Positions 34,943 to 44,305 are shown, numbered from the stretch's first letter. The stretch is DNA of 64,000 nt from an uncultured Gammaproteobacteria bacterium (GCA_964350265.1 CAYGJZ010000002.1:41007-105006); one strand, 5' to 3'. Numbers and translations are program-made. The notes: a model not told the origin generated them from the sequence alone.

Positions 34943-35881
34943 ATGGACGCATCCATGCTGGAGGAGACCATCCAGAATCCCAACCCCTATCCCATCGTCG
35001 CCGAGCCGCACTACGACGATGTCTGGCACCTGTGCCAGCAGTCCCGCGACCTGGCCTGGGATCCGGTGCGCGACATCGACTGGGACAAGCTGCGTGGCGA
35101 AGTGGCCGACCTGCCCGAGGAAGTCCGCTCGGCCGGCGCCGAGTGGTGGTCGTTGCGCGCGTGGATGGAGCATGGCGCCACGCCCTACGGTGCCGAGCGC
35201 TTCCGCCAGGCGGTGTTCGAGCACCTGCCGTTCGAGATCAAGCAGCACGTGGCCAACTTCATCATGGAAGAGCTGCGTCACCACGAGGCTTCCTTCCGCA
35301 TCGCCGACGTGCTCGGCGGTTACCAGCCGCAGCCGCGCAGCGACTACTTCAAGCTGGTGATCCCGAAGTTCCATGACGAGAAGGACGAGCGCCAGATGAC
35401 CTTCTATGCCGGCATGGCGGTGAACACCCTGTTCGAGCAGCTGTCCGGCGAACTGCTGACCGCGCGGTACCGCAATGCCCGCTTCGAGGGCATCCGCGAG
35501 GCCTGCAAGCTGATCCTGCGCGACGAGGCCCGGCACATCCAGTTCGGCCGCGTGCTGATGCGCCGCTTCTTCCAGAGCCTGTCGCTGGAAGACAAGGAAA
35601 TGCTCGGCGCGAAGTTTGCCAAGAAGCTGCGTGGCAGCCTGCTCAACGGCGTCTACTCGGTGGTCAACCTGACCGCCGACGAGCGCAAGCGTTCCGGGCG
35701 TGCCCGGGCACTGGCGGCGGAATACGGTCTCGGCGCCACCCACCCCGACGAAGAGGTGGAGATCATTGCCGGCGCGCTGGCCCAGATCCGCGAGGACGTG
35801 GCCCCCTACGATGTGCCGATTCCGCGCATCCCGGAAGTGGAAGGGGAGAGTGATCCGCCGGCGAAGCGCGCCATCGGCTAG
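34943..35881 (+). CDS. Ferritin-like diiron-carboxylate protein (putative oxygenase; family not resolved)
   Basis: Two E...ExxH pairs are present (WMEHG...MEELRHHE and FEQLSGE...RDEARHIQF), spaced as in four-helix-bundle diiron enzymes. A GAGGAG Shine-Dalgarno lies upstream. Confidence 0.7.
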   Translation: MDASMLEETIQNPNPYPIVAEPHYDDVWHLCQQSRDLAWDPVRDIDWDKLRGEVADLPEEVRSAGAEWWSLRAWMEHGATPYGAERFRQAVFEHLPFEIKQHVANFIMEELRHHEASFRIADVLGGYQPQPRSDYFKLVIPKFHDEKDERQMTFYAGMAVNTLFEQLSGELLTARYRNARFEGIREACKLILRDEARHIQFGRVLMRRFFQSLSLEDKEMLGAKFAKKLRGSLLNGVYSVVNLTADERKRSGRARALAAEYGLGATHPDEEVEIIAGALAQIREDVAPYDVPIPRIPEVEGESDPPAKRAIG

Positions 35882-35893
35882 AACGATGGCAGG

Positions 35894-35917
35894 CACGTGC
35901 CCGGAGACGGGCACGTG
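35894..35917 (+). terminator. Hairpin after the diiron-protein gene
   Basis: The arms are CACGTGCCCG and CGGGCACGTG (10 bp, perfect) with loop gaga. TGTTG follows. More GC-rich inverted repeats lie at 35925-35975, before the convergent RidA gene. Confidence 0.5.
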
Positions 35918-35986
35918 TTGCGGGCAGCGGGCGGTGAGATTCAGCCGCCAGGCACTGCCCGCCAGGGCGGGAAGTCGAAGCCGGCG

Positions 35987-36373
35987 CTAGTCGGCCCGGG
36001 CCGCCTGCACCTCCACCTCGACCTTCATCTCCGGCTTCACCAGTCCCGACACGTACACCAGCGTGGAAGCCGGACGGTGTGCGCCCAGCACCTCGGTGCG
36101 CGCGGCGCCGTAGGCGGCCAGGTCACTGGCATCGACCAGGTAGGCCGTCATCTTCACGATGTCTTCCACGCCCATGCCCGCGCCTTCGAGAATGCGCTGG
36201 ATGTTGCGCCAGATGATGGCCGACTGGGTAGCGGCATCGGCCGGCAGGTTGCCGTCGACATCGATGCCGACCTGGCCGGACAGGGTCAGCCAGCGGGCAC
36301 CCGCGGGCACCTCGACGCCGTGGCTGTAGGCGGATACGGGCGCCGACACGCCCTCGGGGTTGTGAAACTTCAT
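35987..36373 (-). CDS. RidA/YjgF-family protein
   Basis: The sequence SAYSHGVEVPAGARWLTLSGQVGID...VKMTAYL...ASTLVYVSGL is typical of RidA. The start is ATG 36373, preceded by GAAGGAGG. Confidence 0.85.
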   Translation of the reverse strand: MKFHNPEGVSAPVSAYSHGVEVPAGARWLTLSGQVGIDVDGNLPADAATQSAIIWRNIQRILEGAGMGVEDIVKMTAYLVDASDLAAYGAARTEVLGAHRPASTLVYVSGLVKPEMKVEVEVQAARAD

Positions 36374-36393
36374 GTCGCCTCCTTCGGCTCGGT

Positions 36394-37566
36394 TCAGGAA
36401 TCCAGGTCCAGCTGCGGCTGGCCGCCGCCGGTGGGGGTGCGCATGGCCTCGACGATGACGCGCATCTCCCGCTCCTCGGGCAGTCGCGGGTTGACCCGGA
36501 TCTGTCCGCTCTTCATGGCGCCGGCGGCGACCGCGTCGCGTTCGGCATCGTCCTTGACCCACTCGTCCAGGCTGAGATCGAGACCGATCTCGTGACGCAG
36601 GCGGGACAGGCCCTCGGCAGCGGTGCTGCCACCGAAGATGCGCGCGATCTCGTCGCCCTTGTCACCCAGGTTGGGCTGGTTGAAGGTCATCGTCCAGGGC
36701 AGGGCGAGGGCATTGGCGAGGCCGTGCGGCACGTGGTTCAGCGCGCCCAGGGCACCGGCAACGGCATGGGCCAGCCCGAGATGCGCGGTGTTGAAGGCGA
36801 TGCCGGCCTGCATGGAACCGACCAGGCAGGCGGCGCGTGCATCGACGTTGTCGCCCTCGCGACAGGCCACCGGCAGGGCCTCGGCAAGCAGTTGCATGGC
36901 CGAGCGGGCGAAGGGATCGGTCATCGGTCCGGAGACCTTCGAGGTGAAGGCTTCCACCGCGTGGGTCACCGCATCGTAGCCGGAGGCGGCGGTCACGCTG
37001 GCCGGTGCCGTCACCGACAGTTCCGGGTCGAGCAGGGCCACCGCCGCGCTCATCGCCGGCGAGCGCAGTACCATCTTGTAGTCGGTTCCGGTCTTGGCCA
37101 CGATGGCGGACTCGGAGACCTCGCTGCCGGTGCCCGCGGTGGTCGGCACGCAGACGAACAGCGAGGTGTGCGGCAGCATGTAGACACCCATCGGGCCGAC
37201 GATGTCGTCGATGGGACCGGGATTGCTGGCCGCCATGCGCGCCGCCTTGGCGGTGTCCATGGCCGAGCCGCCGCCGATGGCGATGACCAGGTCGGCCTCG
37301 CTGTCGACCAGCGCGGCACGGGCTGCTTCCACCGAGTCGGTGTCGGGTTCATGACGCGGGATGCCGTGGAAGACCGGTGCGAACTCGGCCAGCAGCTTGT
37401 CCAGCCGCTGGTGCAGTTCGCCGCCGAGAAAGAACTCGTCCAGCATCACCAGCGCCTTGCGGCGCTTCTCGTGACGGGCCATGGCGGGCAGCTCGTCCAG
37501 GCTGCCGTTGGCGAAGACCACGCGGTGGGTGGCATGGGAGAAGGAAAAGGGAGCAGGTACGTTCAT
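36394..37566 (-). CDS. Iron-containing (group III) alcohol dehydrogenase family
   Basis: Characteristic blocks are AIGGGSAMDTAKA, VPTTAGTGSE, GYDAVTHAVEA and the HLGLAHAVAG...HG metal ligands. The start is ATG 37566. The long ORF-track extension upstream is Arg/Pro-rich and I rejected it. Confidence 0.85.
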   Translation of the reverse strand: MNVPAPFSFSHATHRVVFANGSLDELPAMARHEKRRKALVMLDEFFLGGELHQRLDKLLAEFAPVFHGIPRHEPDTDSVEAARAALVDSEADLVIAIGGGSAMDTAKAARMAASNPGPIDDIVGPMGVYMLPHTSLFVCVPTTAGTGSEVSESAIVAKTGTDYKMVLRSPAMSAAVALLDPELSVTAPASVTAASGYDAVTHAVEAFTSKVSGPMTDPFARSAMQLLAEALPVACREGDNVDARAACLVGSMQAGIAFNTAHLGLAHAVAGALGALNHVPHGLANALALPWTMTFNQPNLGDKGDEIARIFGGSTAAEGLSRLRHEIGLDLSLDEWVKDDAERDAVAAGAMKSGQIRVNPRLPEEREMRVIVEAMRTPTGGGQPQLDLDS

Positions 37567-37589
37567 GGGTGCAACAGCCGGAAAGGGAA

Positions 37590-39053
37590 TCAGGAAAGGT
37601 CGACGATGACGGACTTGGACTGCAGGTAGCCGTCCAGCCCCTCGCTGCCCAGTTCGCGGCCGTAGCCACTTTGCTTGTAGCCGCCGAAGGGCGTTTCCAG
37701 GCCGACCACGGCCGGCGTGTTGACGCTGACGGTGCCGGCCTCGATGGCGGCGGCAACCCGGTGGGCACGGCCGATGTCCCGGGTCCAGACGGTGGCGGCA
37801 AGGCCGTAGTCGCTGTCGTTGGCGACGGCCACCGCCTCTTCCTCGTCGGCCACGCGGATCACCGCCAGCACCGGGCCGAATATCTCCTCGCGGGCAAAGG
37901 ACATGTCGTTGCTGGCGCGGTCGAACACGGTGGCCTCGACGTAGGGCCCGGCGAAGTCGGCGGCGCGGCCGCCGCAGATGCGCTCGGCACCTTCGGCGAC
38001 GGCGCTGTCGCAGTACTCGACGATGCGGCGCTGGGCGTTGTGGTCGATGACCGGGCCAAGCTGGGTCTGCGGGTCGAGCACGTCGCCGATCTTCAGCGCG
38101 GTGGCGGCCCTGGCCAGCTTCTCCACCAGTTCGTCGGCCACCGACTCGGTGACGATGCAACGGGTGCGGGCGGCACATTTCTGGCCGGCATGGCCGAACA
38201 CGCCGGCCGCGGTGCCGGCGGCGGCACGGTCGATGTCGGCGTCGTCGAAGACCAGGTTGGGGGACTTGCCGCCCAGTTCCAGGGTGACCCGCTTGACGCC
38301 CTCGGCGGCGGCGGCGGCCACTTGGCAGCCGATCTCGGTGGAGCCGGTGAAGCTGACCTTGGCCACCTTTGGATGACGCACCAGGTGCATGCCGATCTCG
38401 CTGCCGGCGCCGGGCACCACGTTGAGCACGCCGGCGGGCAGGCCGGCGGCGCAGGCCAGTTCGGCGAACAGCAGCGCGGTCAGCGGCGTGGCGCTGGCCG
38501 GCTTGACCACGATGACGTTGCCGGTGGCCAGTGCCGGGGCGACCTTCCACAGCATCAGCAGCAGGGGAAAGTTCCACGGCACGATGGCGGCGCAGACGCC
38601 GATGGGTTCGCGTCGCACGTAGCGGTGCTGGCTGTCAGCGGAGGCCACCAGCCGGCCGTCGATGCGGTCGGCATAGCCGGCATACCAGCGCAGCACGCCC
38701 ACCGAGGCGAGGATGTCGATGCGGGCATCGGACATCGGCTTGCCCGCGTGCACCGCCTCCAGGGCGATCCAGCGGTCGGCGTCCGCCTCCAGCGCATTGG
38801 CGATGTCGTGCAGGATGCGGGCGCGCTGCGCAGGCGGCGTCGCCCGCCAGCGCGGCCAGGCCTGGCTGGCGCTGTCCACCGCGGCATCGATGGTGGCGGT
38901 GTCGGCGGCGCCGACGTCGGCGAGGGTGTCCCCGGATACCTTGCCGAGTACCGCCAGGGTGCCTGGCGCGGCCTGCTGCTTGCCGTCGAGGAATACCGAG
39001 CCGGTGTTGTAGCGGTCAATCAGCGGCGAGAACAGGGATGCATCAATGGTCAT
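37590..39053 (-). CDS. NAD(P)-dependent aldehyde dehydrogenase
   Basis: Characteristic blocks are VPWNFPLL, FTGSTEIG, ELGGKSP, the catalytic-Cys motif GQKCAA and EEIFGPV. Confidence 0.9.
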   Translation of the reverse strand: MTIDASLFSPLIDRYNTGSVFLDGKQQAAPGTLAVLGKVSGDTLADVGAADTATIDAAVDSASQAWPRWRATPPAQRARILHDIANALEADADRWIALEAVHAGKPMSDARIDILASVGVLRWYAGYADRIDGRLVASADSQHRYVRREPIGVCAAIVPWNFPLLLMLWKVAPALATGNVIVVKPASATPLTALLFAELACAAGLPAGVLNVVPGAGSEIGMHLVRHPKVAKVSFTGSTEIGCQVAAAAAEGVKRVTLELGGKSPNLVFDDADIDRAAAGTAAGVFGHAGQKCAARTRCIVTESVADELVEKLARAATALKIGDVLDPQTQLGPVIDHNAQRRIVEYCDSAVAEGAERICGGRAADFAGPYVEATVFDRASNDMSFAREEIFGPVLAVIRVADEEEAVAVANDSDYGLAATVWTRDIGRAHRVAAAIEAGTVSVNTPAVVGLETPFGGYKQSGYGRELGSEGLDGYLQSKSVIVDLS

Positions 39054-39075
39054 ACGGTGCGTTTCGTGTCGTGGG

Positions 39076-39336
39076 TTACAGTCGGTGCCTGCGAATCTTG
39101 TCGATCAGTGCGCGAACCACGGGCAGCGGACGGCAGTCGCCGAGCATGTCCAGGGCGGCTTCGCGGTGATCGTTGTTGCTGGCGAGCGAAGCCCGGTCCA
39201 GGTCCGGGTAGCCCTGCTGGTTCAGCGCTTCGATGACGATGCGCAGGATCTCGTCTTCCATCGAACCGTCGAAGGACAGTTCGACTTCGGGGAAGTTGCC
39301 TCCCAGGTCGGGGGGCGGTTGGCGGCTGTCGGTCAT
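39076..39336 (-). CDS. Small hypothetical protein (~86 aa)
   Basis: It occupies the gap between the TRAP and ALDH genes. I placed the start at ATG 39336 or 39348 because the ORF-track GTG at 39390 falls inside the 39371-39403 hairpin. There is no clear Shine-Dalgarno and I recognise no family. Confidence 0.4.
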   Translation of the reverse strand: MTDSRQPPPDLGGNFPEVELSFDGSMEDEILRIVIEALNQQGYPDLDRASLASNNDHREAALDMLGDCRPLPVVRALIDKIRRHRL

Positions 39337-39370
39337 GGGCGGGAACATCGCTGCGGGCGGGAATGGGAGC

Positions 39371-39403
39371 CTGGCTGGCGATCGCGGCACGATCGCCAGC
39401 CAG
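39371..39403 (-). other. 13-bp perfect hairpin directly after the TRAP binding-protein gene
   Basis: The arms are CTGGCTGGCGATC and GATCGCCAGCCAG with a 7-nt loop. On the transcribed strand it starts 11 nt after the stop codon. There is no U-tract. Confidence 0.5.
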
Positions 39404-39413
39404 GAAGCGGGGG

Positions 39414-40406
39414 TTACTCGATCTCGACGATGGCCTCGATGCGCTCCATGCCGCCGACCTTGTCGGCGTAGCTCTGCCAGAAGGAGGCCATGGCTTCCTG
39501 CCAGGCGGCGATGTCAGGCTGCACGACTTCCGCGCCGGCTTCCACCGTCTTCGCCAGGGAGGCGTCCTGTTCCGCCGAGGCCAGCTCGTTGAAGTAGGGG
39601 ATGGCCTCGTCCGCGGCTGCCTGCATCACTGCCTGCTGTTCGGCGGAGAGTCCTTCCCAGAAAGACTTGCTGAGGTACATCGCGCCCAGCGACCAGATGT
39701 GGTTGGTCTCGGTGAGGTAGGGCACCACCTCGAACAGCTTCAGCGCATGGTAGCCGGACTTGGTCATGTCCATGTAGTCGACCACGCCGGTCTGCAGCGC
39801 ATTGTAGGCCTCGGTGATCGGCACCGGGGTCGGGTTGGCACCCAGGGAACTCCACAGGTCGATGTGCAGCGGGCTTTGCAGCACGCGCATCTTCTTGCCG
39901 TCGACATCGGCCGGGACGCGGATCGGCTCCTTGCTGATCACGTGGCGTGAGCCGTAGACGATGAAGCCGAGCACCTTGAAGCCCTGGGCATCGTACAGCG
40001 CCTTGAACTCGTCACCGATGGGGCCGGTCATGGCCTTGTTGATGTGCTCCAGGTCGCGGAACATGAAGGGCATGTCGAACAGCGCGCCTTCCGGCACCCA
40101 GGTGGTCAGGTTGGCCAGCGTCGACAGGGCGCCCTGGATGGAGCCCAGGCGAATGCCCTCGGTGGTTTCCTTCTCGCCGCCGAGGGCGCCGTCGGTGACC
40201 ACCTTGACATCGAACTGCCCGGGCATCTTCTCGTTGACGATGTCGCTGAACTTGTACCAGATCTTCGACTGCGGCTTGTCCGGTCCGTAGATCACGGACA
40301 CGGTCAGCGTCTTCGGTGCCTGCGCCGCGGCGTGACCCGCCGCGGCCAGCCCGAGGGCGGCCACCGTGGCCAGTGCCACGGGCTTGAACCAGTTGGATTG
40401 CTTCAT
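39414..40406 (-). CDS. TRAP transporter substrate-binding protein (DctP family)
   Basis: A signal peptide is present (VALATVAALGLAAAGHAAA). The DctP-like blocks are GALGGEKE, FDMPFMFRD and LQTGVVD. Confidence 0.9.
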   Translation of the reverse strand: MKQSNWFKPVALATVAALGLAAAGHAAAQAPKTLTVSVIYGPDKPQSKIWYKFSDIVNEKMPGQFDVKVVTDGALGGEKETTEGIRLGSIQGALSTLANLTTWVPEGALFDMPFMFRDLEHINKAMTGPIGDEFKALYDAQGFKVLGFIVYGSRHVISKEPIRVPADVDGKKMRVLQSPLHIDLWSSLGANPTPVPITEAYNALQTGVVDYMDMTKSGYHALKLFEVVPYLTETNHIWSLGAMYLSKSFWEGLSAEQQAVMQAAADEAIPYFNELASAEQDASLAKTVEAGAEVVQPDIAAWQEAMASFWQSYADKVGGMERIEAIVEIE

Positions 40407-40473
40407 TTTCACGGTCAGTTCCTCTCTTGTCTTTTGATGGGTGTACAACGAAATCGAACTCGAATGAAACCGG

Positions 40474-42375
40474 TCAGCGGCCACCGATCAGCCAGCCGAG
40501 TCCCAGGGAAATAGCCGGTACGTAGGTGATGACCAGCAGGGCGGCAAACAAGGCCGCCAGCAACGGCAGCATGGCGCGAAACACGTCGTGCACCGGGGTG
40601 CGGGAAATCGACCCGGTGATGAATGCCAGCATGCCCACCGGCGGTGTCAGTCCGCCGAGCATCAGGTTGACCACCACCACGATGCCGAAGTGCACCGGGT
40701 CGATGCCGAGGCTGGTGACCAGCGGCATCAGCAGCGGGGTCAGGATCAGGATGGCGGCGCCGATGTCCAGGAACATGCCGAACAGCAGCATCAACATGTT
40801 GACCAGCAGCAGCACCACGTAGGGATTCTCCGACAGGGTGGCCACGCTGACGGTGAGCAACTGCGGGATCTGTTCGGTCACCAGCACGAAGGCGAAGGGG
40901 GCCGCGGCACCGATCAACAGCCCGACCATGGCGGCTTCCACCGCCGCGCCGCGCAGGGTCTGCCACAGGTCGCGGACACCGTAGCTGCGGTAGACGAACA
41001 TGCCCAGCACCCAGCCGTAGACCACTGCCAGCACGCCGGCCTCGGTGGGCGTGACCACGCCGAAACGGATGCCGCCGAGGATCAGCACGGCCAGCCCGAG
41101 CACCGGCAGCGCCTGGCCGAAGGCACGCCAGCGCTCGCCGCTGCCGGCCTTCTCGTTGGCGGTGCCAAAGCCCTTGATGCGGGCAATGATGTACACGCAG
41201 ATCATCAGCGAGAAGATCATGAACAGTCCCGGCACCACCCCGGCCAGCCACAGGCTGCCCACCGACAGGTTGGCGGCGGCGGCAAGGATGAGCAGGGCGA
41301 TGGACGGCGGGATCACGTTCGGCACCGTGGCCGAAGCCGCGGTCACCGCGCAGGAGAAGGCAGGCGAGTAGCCGTGGCGGACCATCTGCGGCACCAGCAG
41401 CTTGGTGCCCAGCGCGGCCTCGGAGTAGCTCGAGCCGGAGATGCCCGCGTACAGGCCGCTGGAAACCACGTTGACCTGGGCGAAGCCGCCGCGCATGTGT
41501 CCCACCAGCTTGAAGGCGAAGTCCATCAGGCGCCGGGTCAGGCCGCCGGCATTCATCAGCGCGCCGGCAGTGATGAAGAAGGGGATGGCCAGCAACAGGA
41601 ACTTGGTGGCGCCGTTGACCATGTTCTGTACCACCGCCGCTGGTGGCATCAGGCCGCCGGCCAGGTTGGCGACGAAGGCGGCGAAGATCATGGCGAAGGC
41701 CACCGGCGAGCCGAGCGCCATGGCGACCACGAAGGACAGCGCCATGACCAGGCCCGGGTCGCTGCCGGCAATGGACAGCGTGCCGGTGACGTTGACCACG
41801 TAGTACAGGGCCGCGCCGACGATGATGGCCAGCGGGCCGCGCCAGGGTTCACGACCTTCGTCGACGCCGCGCAGGGCGAGGTAGACCAGGCCGAGGACAC
41901 AGGCCACCGGGATCAGCGAGAACTTCACCCAGGTGGGCAGGCCGAGGGCGTAGTTGACGCCGCCGACCATCTCGATGATGGTCATGCCGCCGAACAGCAG
42001 CATGATGGTGGTGTAGGCGATGATGACGTCGCTGGCGAGTTCGGCCACGGTGCGGGCGCGCGCTGGCAGCCGGTCCACGAACAGGCCGATGGACAGGTGC
42101 ATGCGGGTGCGGTGGGCGAGGGGAACGGCGAGGAAGATCACCGCCACGAACAGCCACTGTGCCGCATCCGCGGCCCAGGTGATGGAATTGTTGAAGCCGT
42201 AGCGACCAATGACGTTGGCGAAGATGATGGCGATCAGCGCGATCAATGCCAGCGTGACCGCGGCACCGATGACATGGTCGAGCAGGCCAAGAAAGCGCTG
42301 CGCAAGGCCGCGCACGCCGTCGGCGCGGGGCGCCTCGGGGGATACGCCAAGACGGGGTTCAGCGACCGACGGCAT
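40474..42375 (-). CDS. TRAP transporter fused small/large permease (DctQ-DctM)
   Basis: The N-terminal ~170 aa is a DctQ-like 4-TM module fused to a DctM-like 12-TM module. The start is ATG 42375, 7 nt after GAGGAGGA. It overlaps the stop of the GGT-like gene. Confidence 0.9.
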   Translation of the reverse strand: MPSVAEPRLGVSPEAPRADGVRGLAQRFLGLLDHVIGAAVTLALIALIAIIFANVIGRYGFNNSITWAADAAQWLFVAVIFLAVPLAHRTRMHLSIGLFVDRLPARARTVAELASDVIIAYTTIMLLFGGMTIIEMVGGVNYALGLPTWVKFSLIPVACVLGLVYLALRGVDEGREPWRGPLAIIVGAALYYVVNVTGTLSIAGSDPGLVMALSFVVAMALGSPVAFAMIFAAFVANLAGGLMPPAAVVQNMVNGATKFLLLAIPFFITAGALMNAGGLTRRLMDFAFKLVGHMRGGFAQVNVVSSGLYAGISGSSYSEAALGTKLLVPQMVRHGYSPAFSCAVTAASATVPNVIPPSIALLILAAAANLSVGSLWLAGVVPGLFMIFSLMICVYIIARIKGFGTANEKAGSGERWRAFGQALPVLGLAVLILGGIRFGVVTPTEAGVLAVVYGWVLGMFVYRSYGVRDLWQTLRGAAVEAAMVGLLIGAAAPFAFVLVTEQIPQLLTVSVATLSENPYVVLLLVNMLMLLFGMFLDIGAAILILTPLLMPLVTSLGIDPVHFGIVVVVNLMLGGLTPPVGMLAFITGSISRTPVHDVFRAMLPLLAALFAALLVITYVPAISLGLGWLIGGR

Positions 42376-44203
42376 AACCGATTCCTCCTCGGGGGTTGGC
42401 AGCGGCGCGAATGCGACCGTCGCGTTCACGCGCAATGGCCGTCAGGCGGCCCTCGGACCATGGTCCGTTCTCGTTGACCTCGTGGCCACGCCGTTTCAGC
42501 TCGTCGATGACCTCCGCGCCGAAGCGGCTTTCCACCACCAGCTTGCCCGGCGAAGCATGCCGGGGATAGAAGGAGTTCGGCCAGTGCTCGGAATGAAAGG
42601 CCGGTGCCTCGATGGCCTCCTGCAGGCCGGTGCCATGCAGCAGGTGGCGCAACAGGAAGCTGGTCTGCCACTGGTCCTGCTGGTCGCCACCGGGGGTGCC
42701 GCAGGCGAGGTAGCCACGGCCGTCGCGGAGCACCAGTGTCGGCGTCAGGGTGGTGCGCGGACGGGTGCCGGGCACCAGGCTGGACGGCAGTTCACCGTCC
42801 AGCCAGGTCATCTGTGCGCGGGTGCCGAGGGGAAAGCCGAGGGCGGCGATCACCGGCGAGGACTGCAGCCAGCCACCGGACGGGGTCGCCGAGACCATGT
42901 GCCCGGCCTCGTCGACCACGTCGATGTGGCAGGTGTCGCCGGCCACGCTGGCCAGGTAGCCAGGCGCGGCCACCTCGCCCACGGTGGGCTCGCCGCCGCC
43001 GTAGGCGGACAGCAGGCCACCCTCGCGCACGCGGGCGGTGGCGGCGGCGTAGTCGAAGGCCGGCGCCGGCCCGTCGGCGTCGCCCGGACGCCAGCGGTTG
43101 TCGGCGGTATCGCCGATCAGCGCCCGGCGGACCTCGTTGTACTCCCGCGACAGCAGTCGGTCCATCGGCACCGTGCCGTGCAGCGGGTCGCCGTACCAGG
43201 TCTCGCGGTCGGCGAAGGCGAGTTTCATTGCCTCGGTCACCCGGTGCACGAACTCGGCGCCGTTGGGGTCCAGTGCGGACATTTCCTCGGCATCGAGCAG
43301 GGCCAGGGTCTGCAGCAGGGCCGGTCCCTGGCTCCAGGCCGGGCACTTGGCCACCTGCCAGCCGGCATAGTCGAGGCTGACCGGGGACTCCACCGAGGCC
43401 GACCAGTTGGCCAGGTCATCGCCGCGCAGCAGGGCCGGGTGCTCCTGGCCGGTCACGTCCATGGCCACCGCGTGCTGGCAGAAGCGGTCGATTTCCTCGG
43501 CGACGAAGCCGTTGGACCAGGCCCTGCGGGCGGCGTCGATGCGTGCTTCGCGGTTGCCGCCGGCTTCGCGGGAAACCTGGACCAGGCGTCGGAAGGTGTT
43601 GGCCAGCGGCGTGTTGACCAGCAACGAGTCAACGGCGGGGACGCAGCCGCCAGGCAGGAACAGCGCCGCGGAGTCCGGCCAGTACTTGCGGAACAGGCCT
43701 TCCGCCGCCGCCAGCGTGTCGTGCAGGCGCGGGCTGACCGGCACGCCGTGCTCGGCGTAGTGGATGGCGCACTCGAGCACGTCGCCGAGTTCCAGCGTGC
43801 CGTGGTCGCGCAGTACGCGCACCCAGCCATCGAAGGCCCCCGGCACCACCGCGGGAAGCAGTCCGGTGCCGGGCACCATGTCCAGGCCCAGGGCGTGGAA
43901 GCGTTCGCGGGTGGCGGCGGCGGGCACCGGGCCCTGGCCACACACCGACAGCGTCTCGCCGTTGTCGGCGCGGTGCAGCAGGATGGCCACGTCGCCGGCG
44001 GGGCCGTTCAGGTGCGGCGCCACCACCTGCAGCACGAAGCCCCCGGCCACTGCCGCGTCGAAGGCATTGCCGCCGCGTTCCAGGATGCGCATGGCGCAGG
44101 AACTGGCGATCCAGTGCGACGACGATACCGCGCCAAAGGTGCCGACGATTTCCGGCCTCGTAAGCTGCATCTGAACCTGTCCCATCCCGAAAAGCGGTTG
44201 CAT
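42359..44203 (-). CDS. Gamma-glutamyltransferase-family Ntn hydrolase, no signal peptide
   Basis: Characteristic blocks are GGNAFDAAVA, the autoprocessing region GDTCHIDVVD and GTPGGDQQ. The start is uncertain; in-frame ATGs lie at 44203, 44185 and 44170. Confidence 0.8.
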   Translation of the reverse strand: MQPLFGMGQVQMQLTRPEIVGTFGAVSSSHWIASSCAMRILERGGNAFDAAVAGGFVLQVVAPHLNGPAGDVAILLHRADNGETLSVCGQGPVPAAATRERFHALGLDMVPGTGLLPAVVPGAFDGWVRVLRDHGTLELGDVLECAIHYAEHGVPVSPRLHDTLAAAEGLFRKYWPDSAALFLPGGCVPAVDSLLVNTPLANTFRRLVQVSREAGGNREARIDAARRAWSNGFVAEEIDRFCQHAVAMDVTGQEHPALLRGDDLANWSASVESPVSLDYAGWQVAKCPAWSQGPALLQTLALLDAEEMSALDPNGAEFVHRVTEAMKLAFADRETWYGDPLHGTVPMDRLLSREYNEVRRALIGDTADNRWRPGDADGPAPAFDYAAATARVREGGLLSAYGGGEPTVGEVAAPGYLASVAGDTCHIDVVDEAGHMVSATPSGGWLQSSPVIAALGFPLGTRAQMTWLDGELPSSLVPGTRPRTTLTPTLVLRDGRGYLACGTPGGDQQDQWQTSFLLRHLLHGTGLQEAIEAPAFHSEHWPNSFYPRHASPGKLVVESRFGAEVIDELKRRGHEVNENGPWSEGRLTAIARERDGRIRAAANPRGGIGYAVGR

Positions 44204-44205
44204 GA

Positions 44206-44249
44206 GAACCAATCAACTATAATGGTTCGCAATTATGGAACCATTATAG
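44206..44249. promoter_or_regulatory. GAACCAAT plus 12-bp-arm inverted repeat CTATAATGGTTC-N9-GAACCATTATAG
   Basis: The perfect inverted repeat is at 44217-44249 and an extra GAACCAAT half-site at 44206-44213. It lies immediately upstream of the GGT-like gene. The half-sites are FadR-type TGGT/ACCA. Confidence 0.6.
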
Positions 44250-44305
44250 GCACAGCCTCGAAGACGAGTCAAAGCGTTCGCGGAGGTGTCCGGAGCGGCC
44301 TGCCG

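Noticed and set aside
37567-38577. Upstream extension of the Fe-ADH frame to a 727-aa ORF. Analogous extensions occur at 57134-59110 (-), 58339-59973 (-), 29480-30784 (+) and 24863-25408 (+).
   Set aside because: The extensions are Arg/Pro-rich and overlap well-supported genes in other frames. Internal starts with a Shine-Dalgarno or with translational coupling give products of normal family length.
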